Source: an uncultured Actinomycetes bacterium (GTDB lineage Bacteria > Actinomycetota > Acidimicrobiia > Acidimicrobiales > Acidimicrobilacustridaceae). Taken from it: DNA of 64,000 nt. The position numbers and the translations under genes were made by a program. The notes beneath the pieces are model-generated. The model searched no databases and had not been told where the DNA came from. It was given only the letters and a program-made list of their open reading frames with translations. The stretch lies in assembly GCA_937927725.1 (NCBI GenBank), contig CALBSE010000011.1, positions 16,836 to 80,835 of the forward strand, read 5' to 3'. This document shows positions 56,941 to 64,000 of this stretch, piece by piece (within the stretch, counting starts at the first letter, position 1; each line of letters begins with the position of its first letter).

Positions 56941-59121
56941 ATGTCCCCCTCCACCCGCGGCCCAGCCGCTTCCGGACGTCGTTCGACGCGTGTTGCCCGC
57001 AAGGTCGGGCCTGACGGAACGCGCCGAAGCATCTTCTGGCGCTGGCGCCGGGCGTTTTTCGCAATCGGCCTCGTCGGGATCCTCCTCATCGCCGGCGCGG
57101 GATATCTGTTCACCCAGGTTCCGCTGCCCGACAAGGATCCGCCGCTTCTGCAAACAACGTTCATGTGTTCGTCAGAGGTTTCCTCGGGTTGCACGGCGGA
57201 CAACTCGATTGCTCAGTTATCGGGTGGAGTGAATCGAATTTCTGTGGACTGGAATCAGATCCCACAGGTCGTGATCGACGCGGTGCTTTCCGCTGAGGAC
57301 CGCACGTACTTCGAACATGGTGGCGTCGACCCCACCGGCATCGTTCGCGCGTTATGGACGAACCTTCGGAACGGCGGTGTCTCCCAAGGTGGGTCGACGA
57401 TTACGCAGCAATATGTCAAAAACGTGTATCTCACACAAGAACGAACAATTACGCGAAAAATCAAAGAAGCGGCGCTCGCGGTCAAGGTTGAACGCGAGTT
57501 GTCGAAACAAGAAATCCTGACCCGCTATCTCAATACGATTTATTTCGGTCGCGGGGCCTATGGCATTGAAGCGGCGTCACGTGCGTACTTCGGCAAAAAC
57601 CTTGATCAAATAACGTTGCCCGAGGCCGCGTATCTCGCAGGCCTTATTCGTTCGCCAGAAACCGCCGACGCGAAACTGCCCGAGAACGTTCCGAATGCTG
57701 CGCGCAGTCACCAAACGGCGATTGACCGCCGAACCTCGGTGCTCGACGCAATGGTTGTGACGGGAAAGATCACAGAAGCCGAAGCTGCCGCAGCCAAAGC
57801 GAATGACTGGAGCGACGTTCTGGTTCGCAGCAACCAGAACAACTACGGGAACGTCGCCCATAGCGAATGGGGCACGGAGTACTTCGTTGACTACGTGCGT
57901 CACTGGTTGACAACCGATGGTGGATTCACTGATGCACAGGTCTATGGCGGTGGTCTGCGTGTCTACACCACGCTCAACATGACCGATCAAGGCGCGGCTG
58001 CCGACGCCATTACGTCAACACTTAACCAACCGAATGATCCCGCGGCGGCATTGGTTTCTATCGATGACGTTGGCGCAGTGCGAGCCATGATCGGTGGTCT
58101 TGATTACAACGGGACCGGCAAGTACTCGAAGGTGAATCTTGCGGTTGGTGCCGATGGCGGTGGCGCTGGTCGTCAAGCAGGATCCTCGTTCAAAGCATTC
58201 ACGCTGGCCGAAGCAATGAATCAAAACATTCCGATGTCGAAGAGTTACGACGCTCCCTCTCGTATTTCGATTCCGAAAGCTGACGGCGGACGTGACTGGA
58301 GTGTCGGGAATTATGCCGACGCCGGTCTCGGTCAACTTGATCTGATCGCAGCAACGATGCATTCGTCGAACACCGCGTATGCCCAGTTGATGATGGATGT
58401 TGGTCCGCAGAATGTCGCCGACCTCGCGAAGCAGATGGGCGTTACAAGCCCATTGAAGGCAGTGCCCGCGCTGACACTCGGAACGAGTGAAGTATCGGTA
58501 CTTGATATGGCCTCTGGCTATTCGACATTGGCTGACAACGGCGAACACATTGCACCGTCGACTGTCACCAAAGTGACCGACGCCAAGGGCAACGTGCTCT
58601 ACGAGAACAAGGTCCTCCGCAAGCGGGTGCTTGATGCGAAGTCGGTCGCCAAGGTGAACTACATCCTCAACCAGGTCGTCGAGGGTGGCACGGCAACCGG
58701 CGCAAAGTTCGGTCAACCTTCGGCAGGGAAGACCGGCACGACCGAGAACTATCGCGATGCGTGGTTCGTTGGTTTCACGTGCAAACTCACTACCGCAGTT
58801 TGGGTTGGCTATCCCGATGGCACCTTCATGAAGTCGGTGCATGGCATGTCAGTCACCGGTGGGTCGTTCCCCGCAACGATCTGGCGCAAGTACATGACGG
58901 TGGCGACAAAGGGCCTGTCATCCTGTCCGTTCCCCTACCCAACCGATGACGGCACGAATATGGGATCGACCTCATCGACGAGTGCCACCAGCACCTCAAC
59001 CTCCTCCACTTCCTCGACGGTGAAACCCTCCAGTACGTCGTCGTCGAGCACGTCCTCGACAAGTTCGACGACGTCCACATCGTCGACAACCACGACGACG
59101 ACAACGAGGCCAACGAACTAA
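56941..59121 (+). CDS. Class A penicillin-binding protein (PonA-like)
   Basis: AEDRTYF.H.G, GGSTITQQ, SSFK, SSN and KTG; Ser/Thr-rich tail. Confidence 0.95.
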   Translation: MSPSTRGPAASGRRSTRVARKVGPDGTRRSIFWRWRRAFFAIGLVGILLIAGAGYLFTQVPLPDKDPPLLQTTFMCSSEVSSGCTADNSIAQLSGGVNRISVDWNQIPQVVIDAVLSAEDRTYFEHGGVDPTGIVRALWTNLRNGGVSQGGSTITQQYVKNVYLTQERTITRKIKEAALAVKVERELSKQEILTRYLNTIYFGRGAYGIEAASRAYFGKNLDQITLPEAAYLAGLIRSPETADAKLPENVPNAARSHQTAIDRRTSVLDAMVVTGKITEAEAAAAKANDWSDVLVRSNQNNYGNVAHSEWGTEYFVDYVRHWLTTDGGFTDAQVYGGGLRVYTTLNMTDQGAAADAITSTLNQPNDPAAALVSIDDVGAVRAMIGGLDYNGTGKYSKVNLAVGADGGGAGRQAGSSFKAFTLAEAMNQNIPMSKSYDAPSRISIPKADGGRDWSVGNYADAGLGQLDLIAATMHSSNTAYAQLMMDVGPQNVADLAKQMGVTSPLKAVPALTLGTSEVSVLDMASGYSTLADNGEHIAPSTVTKVTDAKGNVLYENKVLRKRVLDAKSVAKVNYILNQVVEGGTATGAKFGQPSAGKTGTTENYRDAWFVGFTCKLTTAVWVGYPDGTFMKSVHGMSVTGGSFPATIWRKYMTVATKGLSSCPFPYPTDDGTNMGSTSSTSATSTSTSSTSSTVKPSSTSSSSTSSTSSTTSTSSTTTTTTTRPTN

Positions 59122-59170
59122 TTCGCCCCATCTTTGTGGTGGGGGTCGAGGCCCGATAGCGTCGTAAACA

Positions 59171-59200
59171 TCCGCCGGTAGCCGAGGGGCACTGGACGGG
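59171..59200 (+). ncRNA. Leader hairpin with two bulged A residues (pan-motif-like candidate)
   Basis: TCCG-CCGGT-A-GCC-gagg-GGC-ACTGG-A-CGGG directly before the SD AGGAGG of panB. Confidence 0.45.
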
Positions 59201-59213
59201 CAGGAGGCTCCAA

Positions 59214-60077
59214 ATGAGCGCGCGAATCACCGTTCCATCGGTTCAGGGCCGCAAGGTCCGACGTGGTGACGTCCCTTTGGTGATGGTCACTGCGTACGAC
59301 GCGCCTGGTGCGCGCATGGCCGATGCTGCCGGTATCGACATGATCCTCGTTGGTGATTCCGTTGCGATGGTCGTCCTTGGATACGAAGACACCTTGCAGG
59401 TCACAGTTGCTGACATGGCGCATCACACCGCTGCTGTTGCACGCGCAACGCCGGCTTCGCTCATCGTCGCCGATATGCCGTGGATGAGTTACCACGTGTC
59501 AGTCGCCGACACTGTGACAAACGCTGCCTCCCTTATTCGTGCTGGCGCGCAGGCCGTAAAGCTTGAAGGTGGACGCAAGCGTCTCCCCATGATCGAGGCA
59601 CTTGTCGATGCCGAGATTCCGGTGATGGGCCACATTGGTCTGACCCCGCAATCGGTCAATGCCATGGGTGGTTTTAAGGTGCAGGGCCGAAAGCACGAAG
59701 CGGCCCTCGGACTCGTTGATGATGCAAAAGCCCTTGCTCATGCTGGCTGTTTCGCCATCGTCGTCGAAGGTGTTCCTGACGAGGTTGGTCGCATGATCAC
59801 CGAAGCGATCGACATCCCTACGGTTGGTATCGGCGCTGGCGCCGGCTGCGACGGACAGGTCCTCGTCTTTCACGATGTGCTCGGAATTGAAGAGCGCGTG
59901 CTCCCCAAATTCGTTCGTCGCTATGCCGACTTGGGTACCGAAGGTGTTCGCGCTCTGGGCGCGTACGCCGACGACGTTCGTACTGGTCGTTTCCCATCGG
60001 TGGCCGAGAGTTATTCGCTCGAAGCGCGAACCGCAGAGTCACTCGGCTTGTACGGCACGCCCATTTCTCCGGTCTGA
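59214..60077 (+). CDS. panB: 3-methyl-2-oxobutanoate hydroxymethyltransferase
   Basis: TAYD, LVGDS, VKLEGG, GHIGLTPQS and GQVLVFHD. Confidence 0.97.
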   Translation: MSARITVPSVQGRKVRRGDVPLVMVTAYDAPGARMADAAGIDMILVGDSVAMVVLGYEDTLQVTVADMAHHTAAVARATPASLIVADMPWMSYHVSVADTVTNAASLIRAGAQAVKLEGGRKRLPMIEALVDAEIPVMGHIGLTPQSVNAMGGFKVQGRKHEAALGLVDDAKALAHAGCFAIVVEGVPDEVGRMITEAIDIPTVGIGAGAGCDGQVLVFHDVLGIEERVLPKFVRRYADLGTEGVRALGAYADDVRTGRFPSVAESYSLEARTAESLGLYGTPISPV

Positions 60078-60080
60078 CCG

Positions 60081-60623
60081 ATGAAGCGGCGCGCGGTTGT
60101 CACCGTCGTCGCCCTTGTCGCGACCGCAGCTCTGCTTAATAGTTGTGGATCGGGAGTCTCCTCAACATCGCAATCGCAGCAACACTCGACCTCGGCTGCT
60201 GAGGCCTCGTTGCGGGCGCAGGGCTTTACCAAAGTGACACTTCGCCTTCGTCATGCTGACGGAACCGTCGACGAGCACTGCGTGTGGTTGGCCGACACCG
60301 AAGTGGAACGCAATCGAGGTCTGATGGAGGTCACCGATCCGTCCCTCGGCGGTGGCGAGGCCATGGTCTTCGCGTTCGACGCCGACACCTCGGCGGCCTT
60401 CTGGATGAAGGACACCTTGTTGCCGCTTTCTATCGCCTGGGTCGACTCGAGCGGAGCGGTTGTGAACTCGGCGAACATGGATCCCTGCCCGGCCACCACC
60501 AAGAACTGCCCGCAATTTCCTCCGGGTAGCCCCTACCGATTGGCCATCGAAATGGCCCAAGGTCGGCTCCAGGACTGGGGAATCGGGTCTGATGTGACCA
60601 TCACGCTGGCCGAGGCCTGCTGA
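60081..60623 (+). CDS. DUF192-like lipoprotein
   Basis: Lipobox LLNSC; GLM...M.F.F...FWMKDT.LPLSIAW. Confidence 0.88.
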   Translation: MKRRAVVTVVALVATAALLNSCGSGVSSTSQSQQHSTSAAEASLRAQGFTKVTLRLRHADGTVDEHCVWLADTEVERNRGLMEVTDPSLGGGEAMVFAFDADTSAAFWMKDTLLPLSIAWVDSSGAVVNSANMDPCPATTKNCPQFPPGSPYRLAIEMAQGRLQDWGIGSDVTITLAEAC

Positions 60624-60690
60624 ACGGGCCGAACCGCTCTTGGGAGTTTGGGGCCCTCTCCTATAGGGTTCCATCTCCAATTGAAGCCCT

Positions 60691-60745
60691 GCCCTGAGCT
60701 TTCGGGGCTCCGGTTCCCGCCCTGCGGCCCGGATCCAGAGGGAGG
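60691..60745 (+). promoter_or_regulatory. Structured rpsF leader (possible S6:S18-binding RNA)
   Basis: Hairpins 60691-60708 and 60709-60733 with a pyrimidine-rich TTCCC bulge, just before SD GGAGG. Confidence 0.4.
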
Positions 60746-60755
60746 TGATGCGCTC

Positions 60756-61097
60756 ATGCGAGCGTATGAACTCATGATTATTTTCGACGGTGACGTCGAA
60801 GACACTGCAGTCAACGCGATGCTCGCCAACGTCAACAAGCTTGTTGAAGCTGGTGGCGGCGAGGTCAAGAAGACCGATCGTTGGGGTCGTCGGCGTTTCG
60901 CTTACGAAATCAACCACAAGTGGGAAGGCATCTACGTCGTGCTTGAGATCTCGACCGAGGGTCGCGATCTTCACGAGGTCGAGCGCGTTCTGCACCTCGC
61001 GGACGAGGTTGTTCGCCACAAGGTCATGCGTCTGCCCGAGAAGGAAGCCGTTCGACGCGGTCTACTCGGCGACGCCACCCCGGCTACCGCCGGTTGA
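60756..61097 (+). CDS. rpsF: 30S ribosomal protein S6
   Basis: MRAYELM, WGRRRFAYEI and V.RHKV. Confidence 0.97.
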   Translation: MRAYELMIIFDGDVEDTAVNAMLANVNKLVEAGGGEVKKTDRWGRRRFAYEINHKWEGIYVVLEISTEGRDLHEVERVLHLADEVVRHKVMRLPEKEAVRRGLLGDATPATAG

Positions 61098-61113
61098 GTG
61101 GAAGGTCACGACA

Positions 61114-61581
61114 ATGGCAGCAGATAACAATGTTGTACTTGTAGGAAACTGCACCCGCGATCCAGAACTTCGTTTCACCGCAAGCGGTCAAGCAGTCGCA
61201 GCCTTTGGGCTCGCTGTCAACCGCCGCTGGCAGAACCGCCAGACCAACGAGTGGGAAGAGCAAGTTTCGTTCTTTGATGTCACCGTCTGGCAACAGATGG
61301 CAGAGAACGTTGCGGAAACGATCACCAAGGGCACTCGTGTCATCGTGAGTGGTCGTTTGCAGCAGAGTTCGTGGCAGACCCAAGACGGCGACAAGCGCAC
61401 CAAGGTTGAAATTGTCGCTGACGAGGTTGCTCCGAGCCTCCGCTACGCCACCGCACAGGTCGTGCGCAACGAACGCCGTGAAGGCTTCGATGGTGGCGGC
61501 AACTCCGGTGGCGGTGGCGCAAGTCGCCCCGCTCCTAATGATCCCCCCGCTGGTTACGACATGGATGAGGAACCGTTCTGA
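61114..61581 (+). CDS. ssb: Single-stranded DNA-binding protein
   Basis: [11 protein letters not shown]...; Gly-rich linker; acidic tail DEEPF. Confidence 0.97.
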   Translation: MAADNNVVLVGNCTRDPELRFTASGQAVAAFGLAVNRRWQNRQTNEWEEQVSFFDVTVWQQMAENVAETITKGTRVIVSGRLQQSSWQTQDGDKRTKVEIVADEVAPSLRYATAQVVRNERREGFDGGGNSGGGGASRPAPNDPPAGYDMDEEPF

Positions 61582-62042
61582 TGGCAAAGGCAGCCCCAAA
61601 GCGCGGCAAGAACAAAGACAACGCTCGCCGCAGCAAGAAGAAGATCAGCCTGCTTACGCAGGAAAAGGTCGAGTTCGTTGATTACAAGGACATCAATATG
61701 CTTCGTCGGTTCATGTCCGACCGAGCAAAGATTCGTGCCCGTCGTGTCAGCGGCAACGACTCACAGCAGCAGAAGGAAATCGCACGAGCCATCAAGAACG
61801 CTCGTGAAATGGCACTTCTGCCCTACACCAACCGCGTGACCACCCAGCGTGGCGGCGGTCGTGACCGTGGCGAACGCGGTGACCGTGGCGATCGTGGCGA
61901 TCGCGGGCTCAAGCTCGAGAACGCCGAGATTCGCGAAACCGTCACTGACGACGCCGTGATCGAGGAACTCGAGGCAACGTTCATCGACGCCGAAGGCACC
62001 GAGATTGATGTCGTCGTGGAAGACGTGGAGGTTTCCGAATGA
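61581..62042 (+). CDS. rpsR: 30S ribosomal protein S18 (Cys-less) with long C-terminal extension
   Basis: [17 protein letters not shown]...[13 protein letters not shown]. Confidence 0.95.
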   Translation: MAKAAPKRGKNKDNARRSKKKISLLTQEKVEFVDYKDINMLRRFMSDRAKIRARRVSGNDSQQQKEIARAIKNAREMALLPYTNRVTTQRGGGRDRGERGDRGDRGDRGLKLENAEIRETVTDDAVIEELEATFIDAEGTEIDVVVEDVEVSE

Positions 62043-62485
62043 AGCTCCTTCTCCGTTCCGACGTCAATGGTGTTGGCAAGAAGGGCGACGTGGTTGAGGT
62101 GGCCGATGGTTTCGGTCGCAACTACCTGCTCCCCAAGGGTTTCGCTGTTCTGGCGACCCGTGGTGGAGAAGCCCAGGCCGCAGCGATGCGCCGCTCACGC
62201 GATCAGCGTGACGCCGCCGATCGTTCGGCAGCTTCTGACATCGCGGCCAAGCTCGTGCCCGCGATCATTGCCGTGAGCGCCCGAGCCAAGGCCGAAGGCG
62301 ACCTCTTCGGATCCGTTTCGGTGACCGATGTGGTCGAGGCCGTTGCCGCACAAACCGGCATCGAACTCGATCGTCATTCGATTCACATCGACGAAGCGAT
62401 CAAGACGGTTGGCACCCACTCGGTGTCCGCTCGTCTGCACCCCGAGGTGCAGTTCCAGATCACCGTTGAGGTTTCGCCGGCCTGA
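62039..62485 (+). CDS. rplI: 50S ribosomal protein L9
   Basis: [20 protein letters not shown] and LFGSV. Confidence 0.97.
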   Translation: MKLLLRSDVNGVGKKGDVVEVADGFGRNYLLPKGFAVLATRGGEAQAAAMRRSRDQRDAADRSAASDIAAKLVPAIIAVSARAKAEGDLFGSVSVTDVVEAVAAQTGIELDRHSIHIDEAIKTVGTHSVSARLHPEVQFQITVEVSPA

Positions 62486-62509
62486 GCCGCAGACTCCAAC
62501 GAGTATCGA

Positions 62510-62541
62510 CACTGAGGAGCCGGTTCGCCGGCTCCTCAGTG
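62510..62541 (+). terminator. Strong hairpin terminator after rplI
   Basis: CACTGAGGAGCCGG-ttcg-CCGGCTCCTCAGTG followed by CGTTTT. Confidence 0.85.
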
Positions 62542-62590
62542 CGTTTTCCCAGCGTGTGACGCTGGGCTCAATGACCCAGTGAAGGATTCG

Positions 62591-62714
62591 TTGTCCACAT
62601 TGTGAGACCTGTGGTGCTGTCACAGTGGATTTCTAGAGTGATCCCATGGTGCATAAGGGTTTCCGAGGGTCCGTTCCTCCACAGATGGCGGAAGTTGTCC
62701 ACACTCCGTCCACA
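62591..62714. promoter_or_regulatory. DnaA boxes upstream of dnaB
   Basis: TTGTCCACA at 62591 and 62695; TCCTCCACA 62675; CCGTCCACA 62706. Confidence 0.7.
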
Positions 62715-62786
62715 GGGTCGTCCCCCGAAAAAACCGGGGTTGTCCCTCTAGCGATCCCCAGCCAAAGCGGGGGAGGCTTGACCCCT

Positions 62787-64000
62787 CATGAGTGAGTACG
62801 ACGAACCCCGATCCGCCAACCGCCCTGCCGGGGCCGGTCGGGTCCCTCCCCACAATCTCCAGGCTGAAGAGTCGCTGCTCGGCGCCATGCTGCTTTCCAA
62901 AGAAGCAGTGTCGATCGCGTCCGAAACGCTGTCGGCCGACAACTTCTATAAGCCGGCTCACGCCCACATCTTCGATGCCATTACGTCGCTGTCTGCTGCG
63001 GGTGAACCAGCCGACCCCGTCACGGTGGCCGAAGAACTCAGTCGTGCTGGTTTGCTCGAGGCTATTGGTGGCCCGGCCACACTCGTCACACTCCAGGCGG
63101 CAACGCCTGCGGTGTCGAGCGCGTCTCGGTATGCCCGCATTATTGAAGAGCACGCGTTGTTGCGTCGTCTTATTGGTGTGGCCGGGGAAATCGCCGAAAT
63201 GTCCTACGGCCTTCCCGAAGATGTCACCAAGACCGTCGACCAGGCCGAAACCATGGTGTTCGAAGTCGCGCAGCGTCGCGCCACCGACACACTTGCGCCG
63301 CTGTCCGATCTTCTCGGTACCAACCTCGACCATCTCGAAGACGTGGTGAGCCGTGGCGAATCCATCACCGGCATGCCCACGGGTTTCCTCGACCTCGATG
63401 AACTGCTGTCTGGTCTGCAACCAAACGCGCTCTACGTCCTTGGCGCGCGCCCCTCAATGGGTAAGACCGCGCTTGCGCTAGGCATGGCCTGCAACGCAGC
63501 AATCGAATCGCACCGACCCGTGTTGTTGTTCTCTCTCGAAATGGGCCAGCTCGAACTCACGCAACGTTTGTTGTGTGCCGAGGCGCGTGTCGATTCACGC
63601 AAAGTGCGCACGGGTCAATTGACTGAATCCGACTGGGGCAAGATCGCGCACGCCACCGGCCGCCTTGCCGACGCCCCAATCTGGATCGACGACAACCCCA
63701 ACGTCACCATCATGGAAATTCGCTCCAAGGCACGGCGGTTGCGCAGTCGTCTCGGCGATCTTGGCTTGATCGTGGTCGACTACTTGCAGCTCATGAGCGG
63801 CCGTTCCAACGCCGAAAACCGTCAGGTGGAAATTTCGGAAATCTCTCGAGGTCTCAAGATCCTCGCTCGTGAACTCGAGTGCCCCGTCGTTGCGCTGTCG
63901 CAGCTCTCACGACAACTTGAAATGCGAGCCGATAAGCGTCCGATGCTGGCCGACCTTCGTGAATCAGGCGCAATCGAACAGGACGCCGACGTCGTCATGT
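62787..64000 (+). CDS. dnaB: Replicative DNA helicase, runs off the window (absent from the ORF track)
   Basis: ATG 62787; PPHNLQAEESLLG, GARPSMGKT, VVDYLQLM, ALSQLSR and LRESGAIEQDAD. Confidence 0.97.

Noticed and set aside
58960-59110. Repetitive TCG/ACG tract as a tandem repeat or CRISPR
   Set aside because: Simply encodes the Ser/Thr-rich PBP tail; no repeat-spacer structure anywhere in the window.
62787-64000. Intein in dnaB
   Set aside because: The usual insertion points (ARPSMGKT and RESG-x-IEQ) are continuous in the visible part.

Overview
High-GC actinobacterial chromosome segment. Gene content and order suggest class Acidimicrobiia (inference). It spans the replication origin. Left third: a split mycofactocin locus (3' end of mftC, a convergent mftD, then SDR, MoxR-type AAA+, VWA, mftE and mftF about 8 kb away) mixed with accessory genes (nucleotidyltransferase pair, vapBC, two DUF1214-like paralogs). 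Middle: housekeeping genes, a copper-uptake-like operon, a FliA/WhiG sigma factor, tRNA-Ile, gyrA-gyrB-dciA-recF-dnaN-oriC-dnaA, rpmH-rnpA-yidD-yidC-jag-rsmG, parS x2, parA, parB. Right: trxA/trxB, a Ser/Thr kinase, DegV, CCA-adding enzyme, class A PBP, panB, rpsF-ssb-rpsR-rplI and a partial dnaB. Best leads: (1) a complete -1 programmed frameshift signal (internal SD, G_GGA_AAA, 10-bp hairpin) that would fuse the AAA+ and VWA ORFs of the mycofactocin operon, as in chlD; (2) two unrelated secreted repeat proteins that both end in a Thr-rich linker plus PAFTG-stop, with no membrane anchor and different codons at all five positions, a candidate undescribed C-terminal attachment signal; (3) unannotated cis elements: MftR-like operator, SOS box before trxA, pan-like hairpin before panB, satellite DnaA-box clusters, and a 13-bp inverted repeat bracketing a divergent promoter. 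No CRISPR array, rRNA, transposase or intein was seen. All family assignments come from motif recognition, not database searches.
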